The position numbers and the translations under genes are program-made. Shown here in pieces: positions 39,260 through 50,942 of a stretch of DNA of 64,000 nucleotides; positions within the stretch are counted from its first letter, which is position 1; each line of letters starts with the position of its first letter. Source of the DNA: Macrostomum lignano (lineage: Eukaryota); NCBI GenBank assembly GCA_002269645.1, contig NIVC01001989.1:1-64000 (forward strand). The letters are read 5' to 3'. Below the pieces are notes generated by a model, which saw nothing but the letters and a program-made list of their open reading frames with translations, did no database searches and was not told where the DNA came from.

Positions 39260-39500
39260 CTCATTTTGGCACTGCAGGCACTCATTTTAGCGCCGTAGGC
39301 ACTCATTTTGGCACCACAGGCACTCATTTTAGCGCCACAGGCACTCATTTTAGCGCCAGAGTCACTCATTTTGGCGCCGCAGGCACTCATTTTAGCGCCA
39401 CAGGCACTCATTTTAGCGCCACAGTCACTCATTTTGGCGCCAGAGTCACTCATTTTGGCGCCGCAGGCATTCATTTTGGCGCCGAAGGCGCTATATTTTG
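39260..39500. repeat. 21-bp minisatellite (left arm of an inverted pair)
   Basis: GGCACTCATTTTAGCGCCACA. Confidence 0.93.
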
Positions 39501-40056
39501 GCGCCCTGAAGAAAAAGTATTCATTACCACAACGGGTCACAAGGTGGGATGTATGCCCCCCATAGCTTTAACTGGGGGGGGGCATGTCCCCCCTGTCCCC
39601 CCGGTGGCGACGCGCCTGTCGCTGAGTGTATTTAGCAGAGGCTGCGATACCTCTCACGGGTGCGAATGACGTCATTAAATATTTATGATTGTTCGAGGAG
39701 CATTCAAAAAATTTGTGGCCTCAAGCACTTTTGCTCGAGCTGCGTCTTTAGGACCACAGACAGAAATGCTGCATTGCTCAGTCAGTGAAACTGTTCCACC
39801 CAGTTTTTCATCGTTGAACATGATAGACTTTGCATGCACCAGCGCATTGCAAAACACCGAAAATCTCATTCTTGCTTCGACCTACTTATGACTGTTGCTA
39901 AACCTCTGTGACATGAGGAGAAAAAAGTTTAAAGTAGGACTTTCATAGTCAGATTGAGAAGCTGAGAGTCAAGAATAGAGATTTCGTAGAGTCAGAATGT
40001 ACATGAAACATGAAAGTCAGAATGAGAAGCTACATGTACGAGAGTCAGGATGAGAA

Positions 40057-40260
40057 GTGGTAGCCTAGTGGTTAGAGCGTCGGACTAACGACAGAACGGT
40101 CGGGAGTTCGATTCTCCACCCACCCGGAACAATTTGTGTCCTTGAGAAAGACACTAAACGGATCTGCATTGCTTCAGTTCACTCAGCTGTAAAATGGGTG
40201 CCAGCATTAGCTGGGGTAATTGAGGGTGTGTGTGCGGCGACCCCACAGTCCTTGGATTGA
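40057..40260 (+). mobile_element. tRNA-derived SINE with conserved central domain
   Basis: A box TAGCCTAGTGG and B box GTTCGATTC (40106-40114), followed by TGTGTCCTTGAGAAAGACACT and CAGCTGTAAAATGGGTGCC, which resemble V/Meta/Deu-SINE domains. No complete tRNA cloverleaf. Confidence 0.62.
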
Positions 40261-40261
40261 A

Positions 40262-40680
40262 CAGCTAAAATGAGTGCCTGTGGCGCTAAAATGAGTGCCT
40301 GCGGCGCTAAAATGAGTGCCTGCGGCGCTAAAATGAGTGCCTGCGGCGCTAAAATGAGTGCCTTCGGCGCCGAAATGAGGGCCTGTGGCGCTAAAATGAG
40401 TGCCTGCGGCGCTAAAATGAGTGCCTGCGGCGCCAAAATGAGTGCCTTCGGCGCTAAAATGAGTACCTGCGGCGCTAAAATGAGTGCCTGCGGCGCTAAA
40501 ATGAGTGCCTGCGGCGCTAAAATGAGTGCCTGCGGCGCCAAAATGAGTGCCTGCGGCGCCAAAATGAGTGCCTGCGGCGCTAAAATGAGTGCCTGCGGCG
40601 CTAAAATGAGTGCCTGCGGCGCCAAAATGAGTGCCTGCGGCGCCAAAATGAGTGCCTGCGGCGCTAAAATGAGTGCCTGT
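40262..40680. repeat. 21-bp minisatellite (right arm, reverse complement of 39260-39500)
   Basis: GGCGCTAAAATGAGTGCCTGC. Confidence 0.95.
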
Positions 40681-41884
40681 CTGAAGGCGCGTCTGAAGGC
40701 TGCCTACGGCTGTTGGTTGCACATCTGCCCATTAGGGCAGGTTTAATCAATTATTATCATTATTATGGAGCATCAATGCTGTCACATGTCCTCATGCAAA
40801 CGCGTATTTTGTGAGAGTCCTTTTAAGTGCAAGTAACTTTATCAAAACTCGAAGCTCCGTCTTTTCCATCATGGGCACATTTTTTTAAGTAAAAAGACGA
40901 ATTACATGCAAGGAAGCGGTTTGTTTGTTAAATTAAATTGAATTCAAATTGGCGCCAAAAGGGACATAGTTAAAATATTCTACAAAACTTTTTAAACTGC
41001 CTTTAAACACCAGAGTGGTTATTAAATCCGGCGAGAATAATTGTACTATTACGCCTAGCTTTTCGGGGCGTTTTATATCGTTAATTTTGGCGCGAATTTG
41101 AATTTTGTTTAACTTAATTATCGAGCAAAAGGAACTCAGCTTGTATTAGGGAGGTATTCACTGTCAACTCATTTTACCCCATCAAAGCTACCATGAACGC
41201 AATAAACTACATTTTGCTCCCTGAGCAGGTGCTTTACTGTATCCCGCGCCAGTAAGTGTTAAAATTGCCTCCTTAATACTCAGCTTGCTTACGTAAATCA
41301 CTCAAATCAATTTATCGAAGTTGTTTTTCCTGCTTAAGAATTAAGACATTTTAGAAAGAGTTGCTCGCGTATAAATTTTTTCTTACTGAATTGAAAGCAT
41401 CAGATTTTCAATTCTATTCATTCTATTGCTACTCGAGCTCAATCATTTCAATGAGGAGCTTAAGCGAATTCCCCCCCCCGAGGCTATAGAATGATAAAAA
41501 TGAATCCTGCAGTCAATTCCCGATTGCAATAGACGAATGGGGATACTATTTATTTGGGAGAATTGATGCAAGGCAATCCGATCCCAATTTTAAAGATTAA
41601 TCCTAGAACAGATTTTAAAATTAGAATATAAAAAATGCGCTGGATTCCTATACTCGTACATTGATTGCCACCCGTTAAAGGCGCAGACTATGATTATTAC
41701 GAGCGCATGTTGCAGAGCATCAACGCAGTGCAAAACATGGAAAGAATCTCATTCTTGCTTCAATAATCTCATTTTTTCTGACATGGTGAGAAGAAATTGA
41801 GAGTGAGACCTTCATAGTACATGTACGTTGAAGTGAGAAGCTGAGAGCCAAGAATATAGTCTTGATAAAGTCAGAATGTAAACA

Positions 41885-42395
41885 TGAGAGTCAGGATGAG
41901 AAGCTCGGGGAGTCAGGATGAGAAGCTTAGGGAGTCAGGAGTGAGAGTCAGGGTGAGAAGCTCGGGGAGTCAGGAGTGAGAGTCAGGATGAGAAGCTCGG
42001 GGAGTCAGGATGAGAAGCTCAGGGAGTCAGGAGTGAGAGTCAGGGTGAGAAGCTCGGGGAGTCAGGATGAGAAGCTCAGGGAGTCAGGAGTGAGAGTCAG
42101 GATGAGAAGCTCGGGGAGTCAGGATAAGAAGCTCAGGGAGTCAGGAGTGAGAGACAGGGTGAGAAGCTCAGGGAGTCAGGAGTGAGAGTCAGGATGAGAA
42201 GCTCGGAGAGTCAAGATGAGAAGCTGAGAGAGTCAGGAGTGAGAGTCAGGATGAGAAGCTCAGGGAGTCAGGAGTGAGAAGCTCGAAGATTCAGGATTGA
42301 GAGTCAGGATGAGAAGGTCGGAGAGTCAGGGTTAAGAGTCGGGATGAGAAGCTCCGAGAGTCAGGATGAGAAGCCCCGAGAGTCAGGATGAGCTG
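41885..42395. repeat. Composite about 22-bp minisatellite, GT32 intron
   Basis: GAGTCAGGATGAGAAGCTCGGG / GAGTCAGGAGTGA units. Confidence 0.92.
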
Positions 42396-42509
42396 ATATT
42401 TAGGACGAGAGGGTGAGCCAGTAGAAAACTGGGGGTTTTAGAGTCAGGGTGAGAAAATGATAGTCAGAATGAAAGCAGAGTCAATGCCAGACCGAACTGA
42501 CTCCCACAG

Positions 42510-42925
42510 GCCCGCTGATGCTGTACCGGTTTCTAAGAAAGTTTGAACGCCAGCGCCAGTGCAAACCGTCCGATCCCAGCTGCTCAGTGTGCCTGATGGA
42601 GCCGGAGGCCACCATGCCCTACGTGGACCCCTCCCAGCGGGACCTGCTGCGCGAGCGGTGCCGGGCGGCCCTCAGCCGGCGCTCGCTGCTGCCCTCTCTG
42701 ACTAGCAACGCTCTGCGTGCCAATTTCTGCGCCGGACCGGGCGCCGGCGCCATCGACTGGCTGGCTGGTACGCCGCGCAATGGCAACGGCGGCATGGTGT
42801 TCGCCGAGCACGACTTCCTGCACCTGGCCTACGGCAACAGGCGGCCCAGCCAAGTGCTCAACGCCAGCCAGCTGTCCGCGGAATATCCCGGCCGGGTAAC
42901 CCTGGTGACAGAGGAGCTGCCCTAG
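42510..42925 (+). CDS. GT32 glycosyltransferase, exon 2
   Basis: Splicing cccacAG|GC restores the conserved T-G-P-L-M-L motif. Also FAEHDFLHLAY near the C-terminus. Phase consistent. Confidence 0.8.
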
Positions 42926-43149
42926 CTTTCTTTCGCTTAAAGTCTTTAATCATTCCTGACTTCTTTAGGCCTGTAAACCGCTTTGAGTTTGGTGATGCAA
43001 TTGGCGACGAAGCTTTCGTTCTGCGATTCTAATAAAGATTGTTTATTATGATTTTGCTGTTCAGCTTTCTACGAGTAGCAAGTTCATTGATTTCAGTCTA
43101 AAACAGTAGCAGCGCTATGCTCACTTGCGAGCAGCATTTGGTCGCTTTA

Positions 43150-44205
43150 ATAAACCCTAATTTTCACGTCGAAAAATTGTGCACAGTATTTTATAATCTC
43201 TAAATTTCACAAGCCCTAAATTTCATAAGCCCTAAATTTCACAAGCCCTAAATTTCATAAGCCCTAAATTTCAAAATGCCTAAAAACACTATGGAGATAC
43301 AGAAGGATTGTACGAGGGGTGTCCCAGAAGTAGTGTCACTTTTGCTTGCTTCCACAAGTACATGTATTGATGTGACGAAAAAATCATATGCCTTAAAAGT
43401 TAGCGGCTTATTTTAGCTTTCATGCCACGAAAGTCCGATTTTTATAAGTGCTTCCTGCTGTAAGCAGCATGCATTAGTTTGCATACCCTCAGCCATAGAA
43501 ATACACACCGCATAGTGCTTCTATGCTCACTCAGAAGAAAGCCACAAGTAGAGCTGATCAAGCACAGAGTTGCAAGACAGCAGCTGCAAGATTTGTTCCA
43601 GTCATAGACCCTAAAATTCACTCTACAGAAGGGCAGAGACATGTCCAATCACATGTCCAATCACTCACTTTGGAGTCTTGGTCAGAAATGCCCTGAAATT
43701 TACGAAAACCGCATTCACGGTCCCGATTCCATCAGTCGACGAACAGTTTACAGGTGGATCGAACAGTTCGAGGCTGGCTGTAGATATCAAAGGCCAACCA
43801 CCTTTGGGTAAGTTGGCAAAACATACTGCCGGCCAGCCTCGAACTGCTGTCTTGCAACTCTGTGCTTGATCAGCTCTACTTGTGGCTTTCTTCTGAGTGA
43901 GCATAGAAGCACTATGCGGTGTGCATTTCTGTGGCTGAGGGTATGCGAACAAATGCGTATAAGGTATCACCCCCATGGACTGATTTATCTGGCCCACATA
44001 CAAGACTGAGGACTGCGTTGATTGGCCGAGGCGAAGCCTCCCTCGTAGAAGAAAGATTGTATCTCCATAGTGTTTTAGGCGTTGTGAAATTTAGGGCTTG
44101 TGAAATCTGCTGCATTGCTTATTTTCCACGTTGTGAAAATTAGGTTTTATGAAATATAGGTCTTATGAAAGGTTCTGGTTTCGAAGTTGTGAAAAGTAGG
44201 GTTTG
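43150..44205. mobile_element. Nested foldback structure containing a mariner-type transposase remnant
   Basis: Outer inverted arms with 16-bp CCCTAAATTTCACAAG units (43150-43300 / 44059-44205). TA-CGAGGG...CCCTCG-TA at 43311/44047. Inner 103-bp inverted pair at 43481-43583 / 43844-43946. EIYENRIHGPDSISRRTVYRWIEQFEAG (43689-43778, +) resembles the mariner HTH. Confidence 0.7.
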
Positions 44206-44269
44206 TGAAACGACCGTTGCATTTACGCTATGTAGCATCTTTTATATGCACTTTTATTTTAGTTAATGG

Positions 44270-44560
44270 GAGAGCGGTGAGAGGGTGAAGAGCGAAGAGA
44301 AGGGGCAGGGGAGAGCGGAGGGTGGGGTGAGGGCGGACGAGAGGGGAGAGAGCGGATAGAGGGCGGATGAGAGAAGGGAGAGGGCGGAGAGAGAGCGGAC
44401 GAGAGAGGGGAGAAGGGCGGAGAGGGGGCAGACGAGAGAGGGGAGAGGGCGGAGAGCGAGTAGAGGGGGGCAGGGGAGAGCGAGGAGACGGCGGAGAAGA
44501 GAGGAGAGAGTGGACAAGAGCAGGAAGAAAGGAGAACAGGGAGATAAGATGAAAGCAAGA
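44270..44560. repeat. Purine-rich (G/A) low-complexity tract
   Basis: GAGAGGGCGGAGAG-type runs, almost no T on the + strand. Confidence 0.9.
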
Positions 44561-44859
44561 GGGCAAAAAAAAACGGCAGACCAGAGTAGGAACCTGGGAA
44601 GAATGCAATGGCGATAAGGAACAAATGAAATGCCAGTGTAGCATGACAGGCGCAAGAACAGAAGAATATAATAGACCAATTATAGAAGTATCAGAATACC
44701 AGACAATAATAGTGTAGGCGCATTGTGCGCACATCAGGCCACTATAATTTAATTTAAATTTAGTCCTTTGTATCGCAATTATTAACTGCTGCTAGCGCAG
44801 ATACTGACACTAGAGAGCCTAGAGCACGAGCTGTACCTGACTGAGGGACGCGTATCTGT

Positions 44860-45420
44860 CTTTTAAAGTACATTGGTGATGGTATCTGGGACCGGGAGTT
44901 TAAGATACATATGGGGAAATTATTACCGTCTTGAGATTTAAAGTTTAAAGTACATCGGAGGTAATGACACCTGGGACCGGGAGCTTAAAGTACATCGGAG
45001 GTAATGACACCTGGGGACTGGGAGTTTAAAATATATCGGAGGTAATGATACCTGGGACTGGAAGTTTAAGATACATCTGGGGAAATAATTACCGTCCTGA
45101 GAGTTTAAAGTACATCGGAGGTAATGACACCTGGGACCGGGAGTTTAAAGTACATCGGAGGTGGGGATACCTAGGACTGGGAGTTTAAAGTACATCGGAG
45201 GTGGGAATACCTAGGACTGGGAGTTTAAGCATCGGAGGTAATGAATGATACCTGGGACTGGGAGTTTAAGCATCGGAAGTAATGATACCTGGGACTGGGA
45301 GTTTAAACATCGGAGGTAATGATACCTGGGACTGGGAGTTTAAAGTACATCAGAGGTGGGGATACCTGGGACTGGGAGTTTAAAGTACATCGGAAGTAAT
45401 GATACCTGGGACTGGCTGAT
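44860..45420. repeat. 37-40-bp degenerate minisatellite
   Basis: TTTAAAGTACATCGGAGGTAATGATACCTGGGACTGGGAG. Confidence 0.9.
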
Positions 45421-46436
45421 TAAAGTACAACGGAGGTCTCGGTTACTTTAAAAAGACTTTATCAAGCGATTGGTCTGGAGATAAAGACTGGCACTTGAAT
45501 TATGAAAACATTAGTAAAAACCCCAGAGATACGAATAATTAAAAAAACAAAAACAAAATAAATGAATTCAGTTTACTTAAAACAATTTATAATTGGCGAG
45601 CGAAGCAGTATATTCCGATGCTTACATGTATATAATAATAATAATAAATAATGCACTATTCAGATAATAAAAAGCTATATTAGTGCATATACTCGTATAA
45701 CCGAATTTATATTAGCCAATACAACAATAAACATATCAACGATTGTTGTTCTAATCAGCAACGAAAAAAACCGCGCGCAAAAAAAAACGAAAATGTTTTT
45801 CCAATCATAATTTTAGCTATAACGAATAGCATATGGCACCAGCTGACACTTAACAGCCATCGTGTAAAATAAAGCAAAAGGCAAGCAGGTTTTTATTTCG
45901 AAGTCTTAGAAAAAAAGGTTTTCTTATTAAACAAAGCACGCGTTAGAAGAAACCTCTGAGTGAAATAGAAATACATGTATGGCTCTAATCTCAATGGGCC
46001 CGGGGGTTGCTTCAGTCGGACAGACAAATATAAACTATATAAACATTGGGAATAAAAGTTGAATAAAAATCTTGGCGTAATCAGGCAGGATAAGAACTAT
46101 ATATACAATATAAGATGAGAAATTGAGCTTTACAATGAATATTGTAACGATTTAGATAGCACATTTCTTAGTAAATTGTATTATTAGCATAATAACTGCA
46201 TGCCATGCCACGCAGCAGAGAAGCAATTTACACTCGTCAGCTAGCGGATGGGGACGCAGTCAAGCGGGAAAAATACATTTAGACCAAGAAATGGCTGTGG
46301 GGTTGCTGACCTAGCAAAGCAGTATCCATATATTGCCATATTGATACTGTGTGAATCCCGCTATCGCATATTGAACACCTACGCGTTATCCATCCACGAA
46401 GTTCTGGCTGAGTTAGACGCATCGCCCATTCTTTTA

Positions 46437-48165
46437 GCACCCTTCACCCCCTTTATATCAGCTGCAACAGCATTCACCCCCTTTGTATCAGCTGCAACAC
46501 CCTTCACCCTTTGTATCAGCTGCAACACCCTTCACCCCTTTGTATCAGCTGCAACAGCATTCACCCCCTTTATATCAGCTGCAACACCCTTCACCCCCTT
46601 TGTATCAGCTGCAACAGCATTCACCCCCTTTGTATCAGCTGCAACACCCTTCACCCTTTGTATCAGCTGCAACACCCTTCACCCCTTTGTATCAGCTGCA
46701 ACAGCATTCACCCCCTTTATATCAGCTGCAACACCCTTCACCCCCTTTATATCAGCTGCAACAGCATTCACCCCCTTTGTATCAGCTGCAACACCCTTCA
46801 CCCCCTTTATATCAGCTGCAACAGCATTCACCCCCTTTGTATCAGCTGCAACACCCTTCAGTCCTTTTGTATCAGCTGCAACGCCCTTCACCCCCTTTGT
46901 ATCAGCTGCAACGCCCTTCACCCCCTTTGTATCAGCTGCAACACCCTTCACCCTTTGTATCAGCTGCAACACCCTTCACCCCTTTGTATCAGCTGCAACA
47001 GCATTCACCCCCTTTATATCAGCTGCAACACCCTTCACCCCCTTTATATCAGCTGCAACAGCATTCACCCCCTTTGTATCAGCTGCAACACCCTTCACCC
47101 CCTTTATATCAGCTGCAACAGCATTCACCACCTTTGTATCAGCTGCAACACCCTTCAGTCCTTTTGTATCAGCTGCAACGCCCTTCACCCCCTTTGTATC
47201 AGCTGCAACACCCTTCACCCCCTTTGTATCAGCTGCAACGCCCTTCACCCCCTTTGTATCAGCTGCAACGCCCTTCACCCCCTTTGTATCAGCTGCAACG
47301 CCCTTCACCCCCTTTGTATCAGCTGCAACGCCCTTCACCCCCTTTGTATCAGCTGCAACACCCTTCACCCCCTTTGTATCAGCTGCAACACCCTTCACCC
47401 CTTTGTATCAGCTGCAACGCCCTTCACCCCCTTTGTATCAGCTGCAACGCCCTTCACCCCCTTTGTATCAGCTGCAACGCCCTTCACCCCCTTTATATCA
47501 GCTGCAACAGCATTCACCCCCTTTGTATCAGCTGCAACACCCTTCACCCCTTTGTATCAGCTGCAACGCCCTTCACCCCCTTTGTATCAGCTGCAACACC
47601 CTTCACCCCCTTTGTATCAGCTGCAACGCCCTTCACCCCCTTTGTATCAGCTGCAACGCCCTTCACCCCCTTTGTATCAGCTGCAACGCCCTTCACCCCC
47701 TTTATATCAGCTGCAACACCCTTCACCCCCTTTGTATCAGCTGCAACACCCTTCACCCCTTTGTATCAGCTGCAACGCCCTTCACCCCCTTTGTATCAGC
47801 TGCAACACCCTTCACCCCCTTTGTATCAGCTGCAACGCCCTTCACCCCCTTTGTATCAGCTGCAACGCCCTTCACCCCCTTTGTATCAGCTGCAACGCCC
47901 TTCACCCCCTTTGTATCAGCTGCAACGCCCTTCACCCCCTTTGTATCAGCTGCAACAGCCTTCACCCCCTTTGTATCAGCTGCAACACCCTTCACCCCTT
48001 TGTATCAGCTGCAACGTCCTTCAGTTCCAATTTCAGGCTCAGCTGCAACACCCTTCAGTTCCAATTTCAGACTCAGCTGCAACACCCTTCAGCCACAATT
48101 TCAGGCTCAGCTGCAACACCCTTCAGCCACAATTTCAGGCTCAGCTGCAACACTCTTCACCAGTT
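46437..48165. repeat. 30-bp minisatellite (about 1.6 kb plus degenerate tail)
   Basis: CCCTTCACCCCCTTTGTATCAGCTGCAACA. The unit is stop-free in all + frames. Confidence 0.98.
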
Positions 48166-48810
48166 TTTAGCACTTTAGATGATGACAGAAAAAGTTATTT
48201 AATCAACTAAAAAACATACTTCTACAGAAGATAAAAACGGGAACTTTAGAAAAGCTGAGTTTAGTACAATAATAAACAGAAAAGTCGCATTTGATTGTTG
48301 TGTTAATACTTAATAAACAATAATTTTAATACAGCAAAGCTTAAATTTGAGTAAGAATAAATCGGCGTTAAAAACGGAGGGCCAAGAAAAGAAGCAGACA
48401 AGGTAATAAAGAACAAGCTAGAAATTGCACCAGCAGAGAAGCAGGCCGCTGCAAAAAAGCTTTCGCCAACTGTTAAGTCATAAAACTCCTGCTAGCTTAA
48501 TTCTGCACTCAACTCGCGGCAGAGAATCTGTTCCCCAAGCAGGATTTGGCCAGTCAAAGCAGGGACTCTGCACACAACAGTCTACCTCTTGTTAACCAAA
48601 TTGGCCCAGTAAAACAATGGCTTCATCAAGAAGCAGGAGAGAATGTGGTAAATTAGATTAGGACTTGATTGAACCTGCTTAGTAATCTTTACCTGCACCA
48701 GCCAACCTCAACTCACTGAGTACAGACTGTTTTGCGTTAGGAGAAGAAAAAATGTTATTAATAAAACAGCAGCACACAGCAGACTGCAGTGGCTGCAGGC
48801 CTCTCACGGC

Positions 48811-48950
48811 TCACACAGCGGCCTCAGCAACGTCCTTCTCGTCCCGTTTAACTAGAAGCGGGTCGTTCTTCTTGCCCAGGATGTCCATCAGCGACTCCGG
48901 CATGAAGTAGGGCTTCTCGGCCGATCCGTCATTGCGCTCCAGATCCTCCA
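48811..48950 (-). CDS. SLC44A: SLC44A last exon
   Basis: LEDLERNDGSAEKPYFM..ILGKKN..* is the conserved CTL C-terminus. Confidence 0.95.
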
Positions 48951-49114
48951 CTGCGATTGAAAAGTACAAAATTTAATATGCGGGAGAGATTGCGTTACAG
49001 TCTGAGAAGCGGAACTGAACTTGGCAGTTAAACCCTGACGACCGGAAGTAGGTAGGCTGATTGTCTAACCAGAGGACCGAATTTGGCTAGGGTAGTGCTT
49101 CAACCTTTTTTATT

Positions 49115-49323
49115 AGAAGCAGGGGGCAGGGGCGCACTTTAAGCGACATTGTCACACAACCGGCGAGAGGCATTGCTGCCCATTCTGCCGACTCACCGTT
49201 CCGCGGATACGTGCGCAGACAGACGCACAGGCACACACTCACACAGGAGTGTACAGCGGCCCAAACTTTATTTATCGTTAGGCATGTACACTTATTTCAC
49301 GGTCTTTGGGGTTGGCCCTTAAG
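49115..49323. repeat. About 200-bp interspersed repeat, copy 1 (SLC44A intron)
   Basis: Shares CACTTTAAGCGACATTGTCACACAACCGGCGAGAGGC and AACTTTATTTATCGTTAGGCATGTACAC with 50943-51174. Confidence 0.85.
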
Positions 49324-49324
49324 G

Positions 49325-49928
49325 AAGTGGGTAGGGTGGTGGTCCAACCAGAGGATCGGAAGTGGGTAGGGTGGTGGTCCAATCAGAGGACTGGAAGTGG
49401 TTAGGGTGGTGGTCCAATCAGAGGACTGGAAGTGGTTAGGGTGGTGGTCCAATCAGAGGACTGGAAGTGGATAGGGTGGTGGTTCAATCAGAGGACTGGA
49501 AGTGGGTAGGGTGGTGGTCCAATCAGAGGACTGGAAGTGGTTAGGGTGGTGGTCCAATCAGAGGACTGGAAGTGGTTAGGGTGGTGGTCCAATCAGAGGA
49601 CTGGAAGTGGGTAGGGTGGTGGTCCAATCAGAGGACTGGAAGTGGGTAGGGTGGTGGTCCAATCAGAGGACTGGAAGTGGGTAGGGTGGTGGTTCAATCA
49701 GAGGACTGGAAGTGGGTAGGGTGGTGGTCCAATCAGAGGACTGGAAGTGGGTAGGGTGGTGGTCCAATCAGAGGACTGGAAGTGGGTAGGGTGGTGGTTC
49801 AATCAGAGGACTGGAAGTGGGTAGGGTGGTGGTCCAATCAGAGGACTGGAAGTGGGTAGGGTGGTGGTCCAATCAGAGGACTGGAAGTGGGTAGGGTGGT
49901 GGTCCAATCAGAGGACTGGAAGTGGGTA
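49325..49928. repeat. 35-bp minisatellite, last SLC44A intron
   Basis: GGAAGTGGGTAGGGTGGTGGTCCAATCAGAGGACT, about 17 copies. Confidence 0.97.
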
Positions 49929-50013
49929 CTTGTGCTACTTCACCAACTATTAGTGTAGCATATTATTATAAATACTAAAAATCTAATAACATAGCATGTG
50001 TAAAAGCACTCAC

Positions 50014-50098
50014 GGAAGCACAGGAACATGGTGTCAACGCCCATATTGTAGACGGACAAGAACAGGCAGGCGCAGAAGTAGGTGAACACCATTATAAG
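50014..50098 (-). CDS. SLC44A: SLC44A exon
   Basis: FTYFCACLFLSVYNMGVDTMFLCF. Donor C|GTGAGT. Confidence 0.92.
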
Positions 50099-50634
50099 CT
50101 GTCAAGTTTAGCAAGTGTGGAAGTATAGGTAAGTTTCTTATTTATACGCTCGTGTTCAGATACTTTTGCACTATAACAATAGATTGAGAAAGTACTCGTA
50201 CACTAGTACAATTCCAAAATTACTCTCAAATGCGAGGCGATTGCAATGGATTAGTTTGATATTAAGAACAATAAAAATTAATGGTATAAAATGAAAAAGC
50301 AATTGATTGGACTAATAAATATGCGGCGCAACTAGCAAAACTGCAGTAGCATCTATGCACTACGCTACATTGCATATAACTGTTTTGCATTTGTCAGTCA
50401 ACTAAGGACAGACAAGATGGTATTCAATTCTTGTCCCGAAGCCCTACTGCGCATAAGAGCAGAACCTCCACTGCACAATGTAACCAAAGTACCTTGTGCA
50501 TGCTAATTAGGAGGTAAAAGTACAGGAAAGATGGAAATTAAACTATTGGGCATCTCACTCTGCAGTCTCATCGGACTGATGACAAAGGCTCTCAGTAGAC
50601 GCTGTTCGATTTCATATGAACTTTAATATGATTT

Positions 50635-50935
50635 AGATGCATGGCGGCTGCATCAAATGGGCTCAAGATATGTCATGTGGATGCATGGCGGCTGCATCAG
50701 GTGGGCTCAAGATATGTCAGGTGGATGCATGGCGACTACACAGGTGAGCTCAAGGTATGTCAGGTGGATGCATGGCGGCTGCACCAGGTGGGCTCAAGGT
50801 ATGTCAGGTGGATGCATGGCGGCTGCACAGGTGAGCTCAAGGTATGTCAGGTGGATGCATGGCGGCTGCACCAGGTGGGCTCAAGGTATGTCAGGTGGAT
50901 GCATGGCGGCTGCACCAGGTGGGCTCAAGGTATGT
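50635..50935. repeat. About 44-bp minisatellite
   Basis: GGATGCATGGCGGCTGCACCAGGTGGGCTCAAGGTATGTCAGGT. Confidence 0.92.
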
Positions 50936-50942
50936 TTTTCAT

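Noticed and set aside
40057-40130. tRNA gene
   Set aside because: It has A and B boxes but no convincing acceptor stem, and it continues into a SINE-type body, so it is called a SINE.
40940-41105. 21-bp inverted repeat GAATTCAAATTGGCGCCAAAA
   Set aside because: Probably a small MITE remnant, but the boundaries and TSD could not be defined.
44228-44734. Pro/Leu/Ser-rich and Arg/Gly/Glu-rich ORFs
   Set aside because: Low-complexity purine/pyrimidine tract.
46248-48210. 555-640 aa ORFs in all three + frames
   Set aside because: They are translations of a 30-bp minisatellite whose unit lacks stops. Frames swap at 29-bp units, and there is no domain or splice context.
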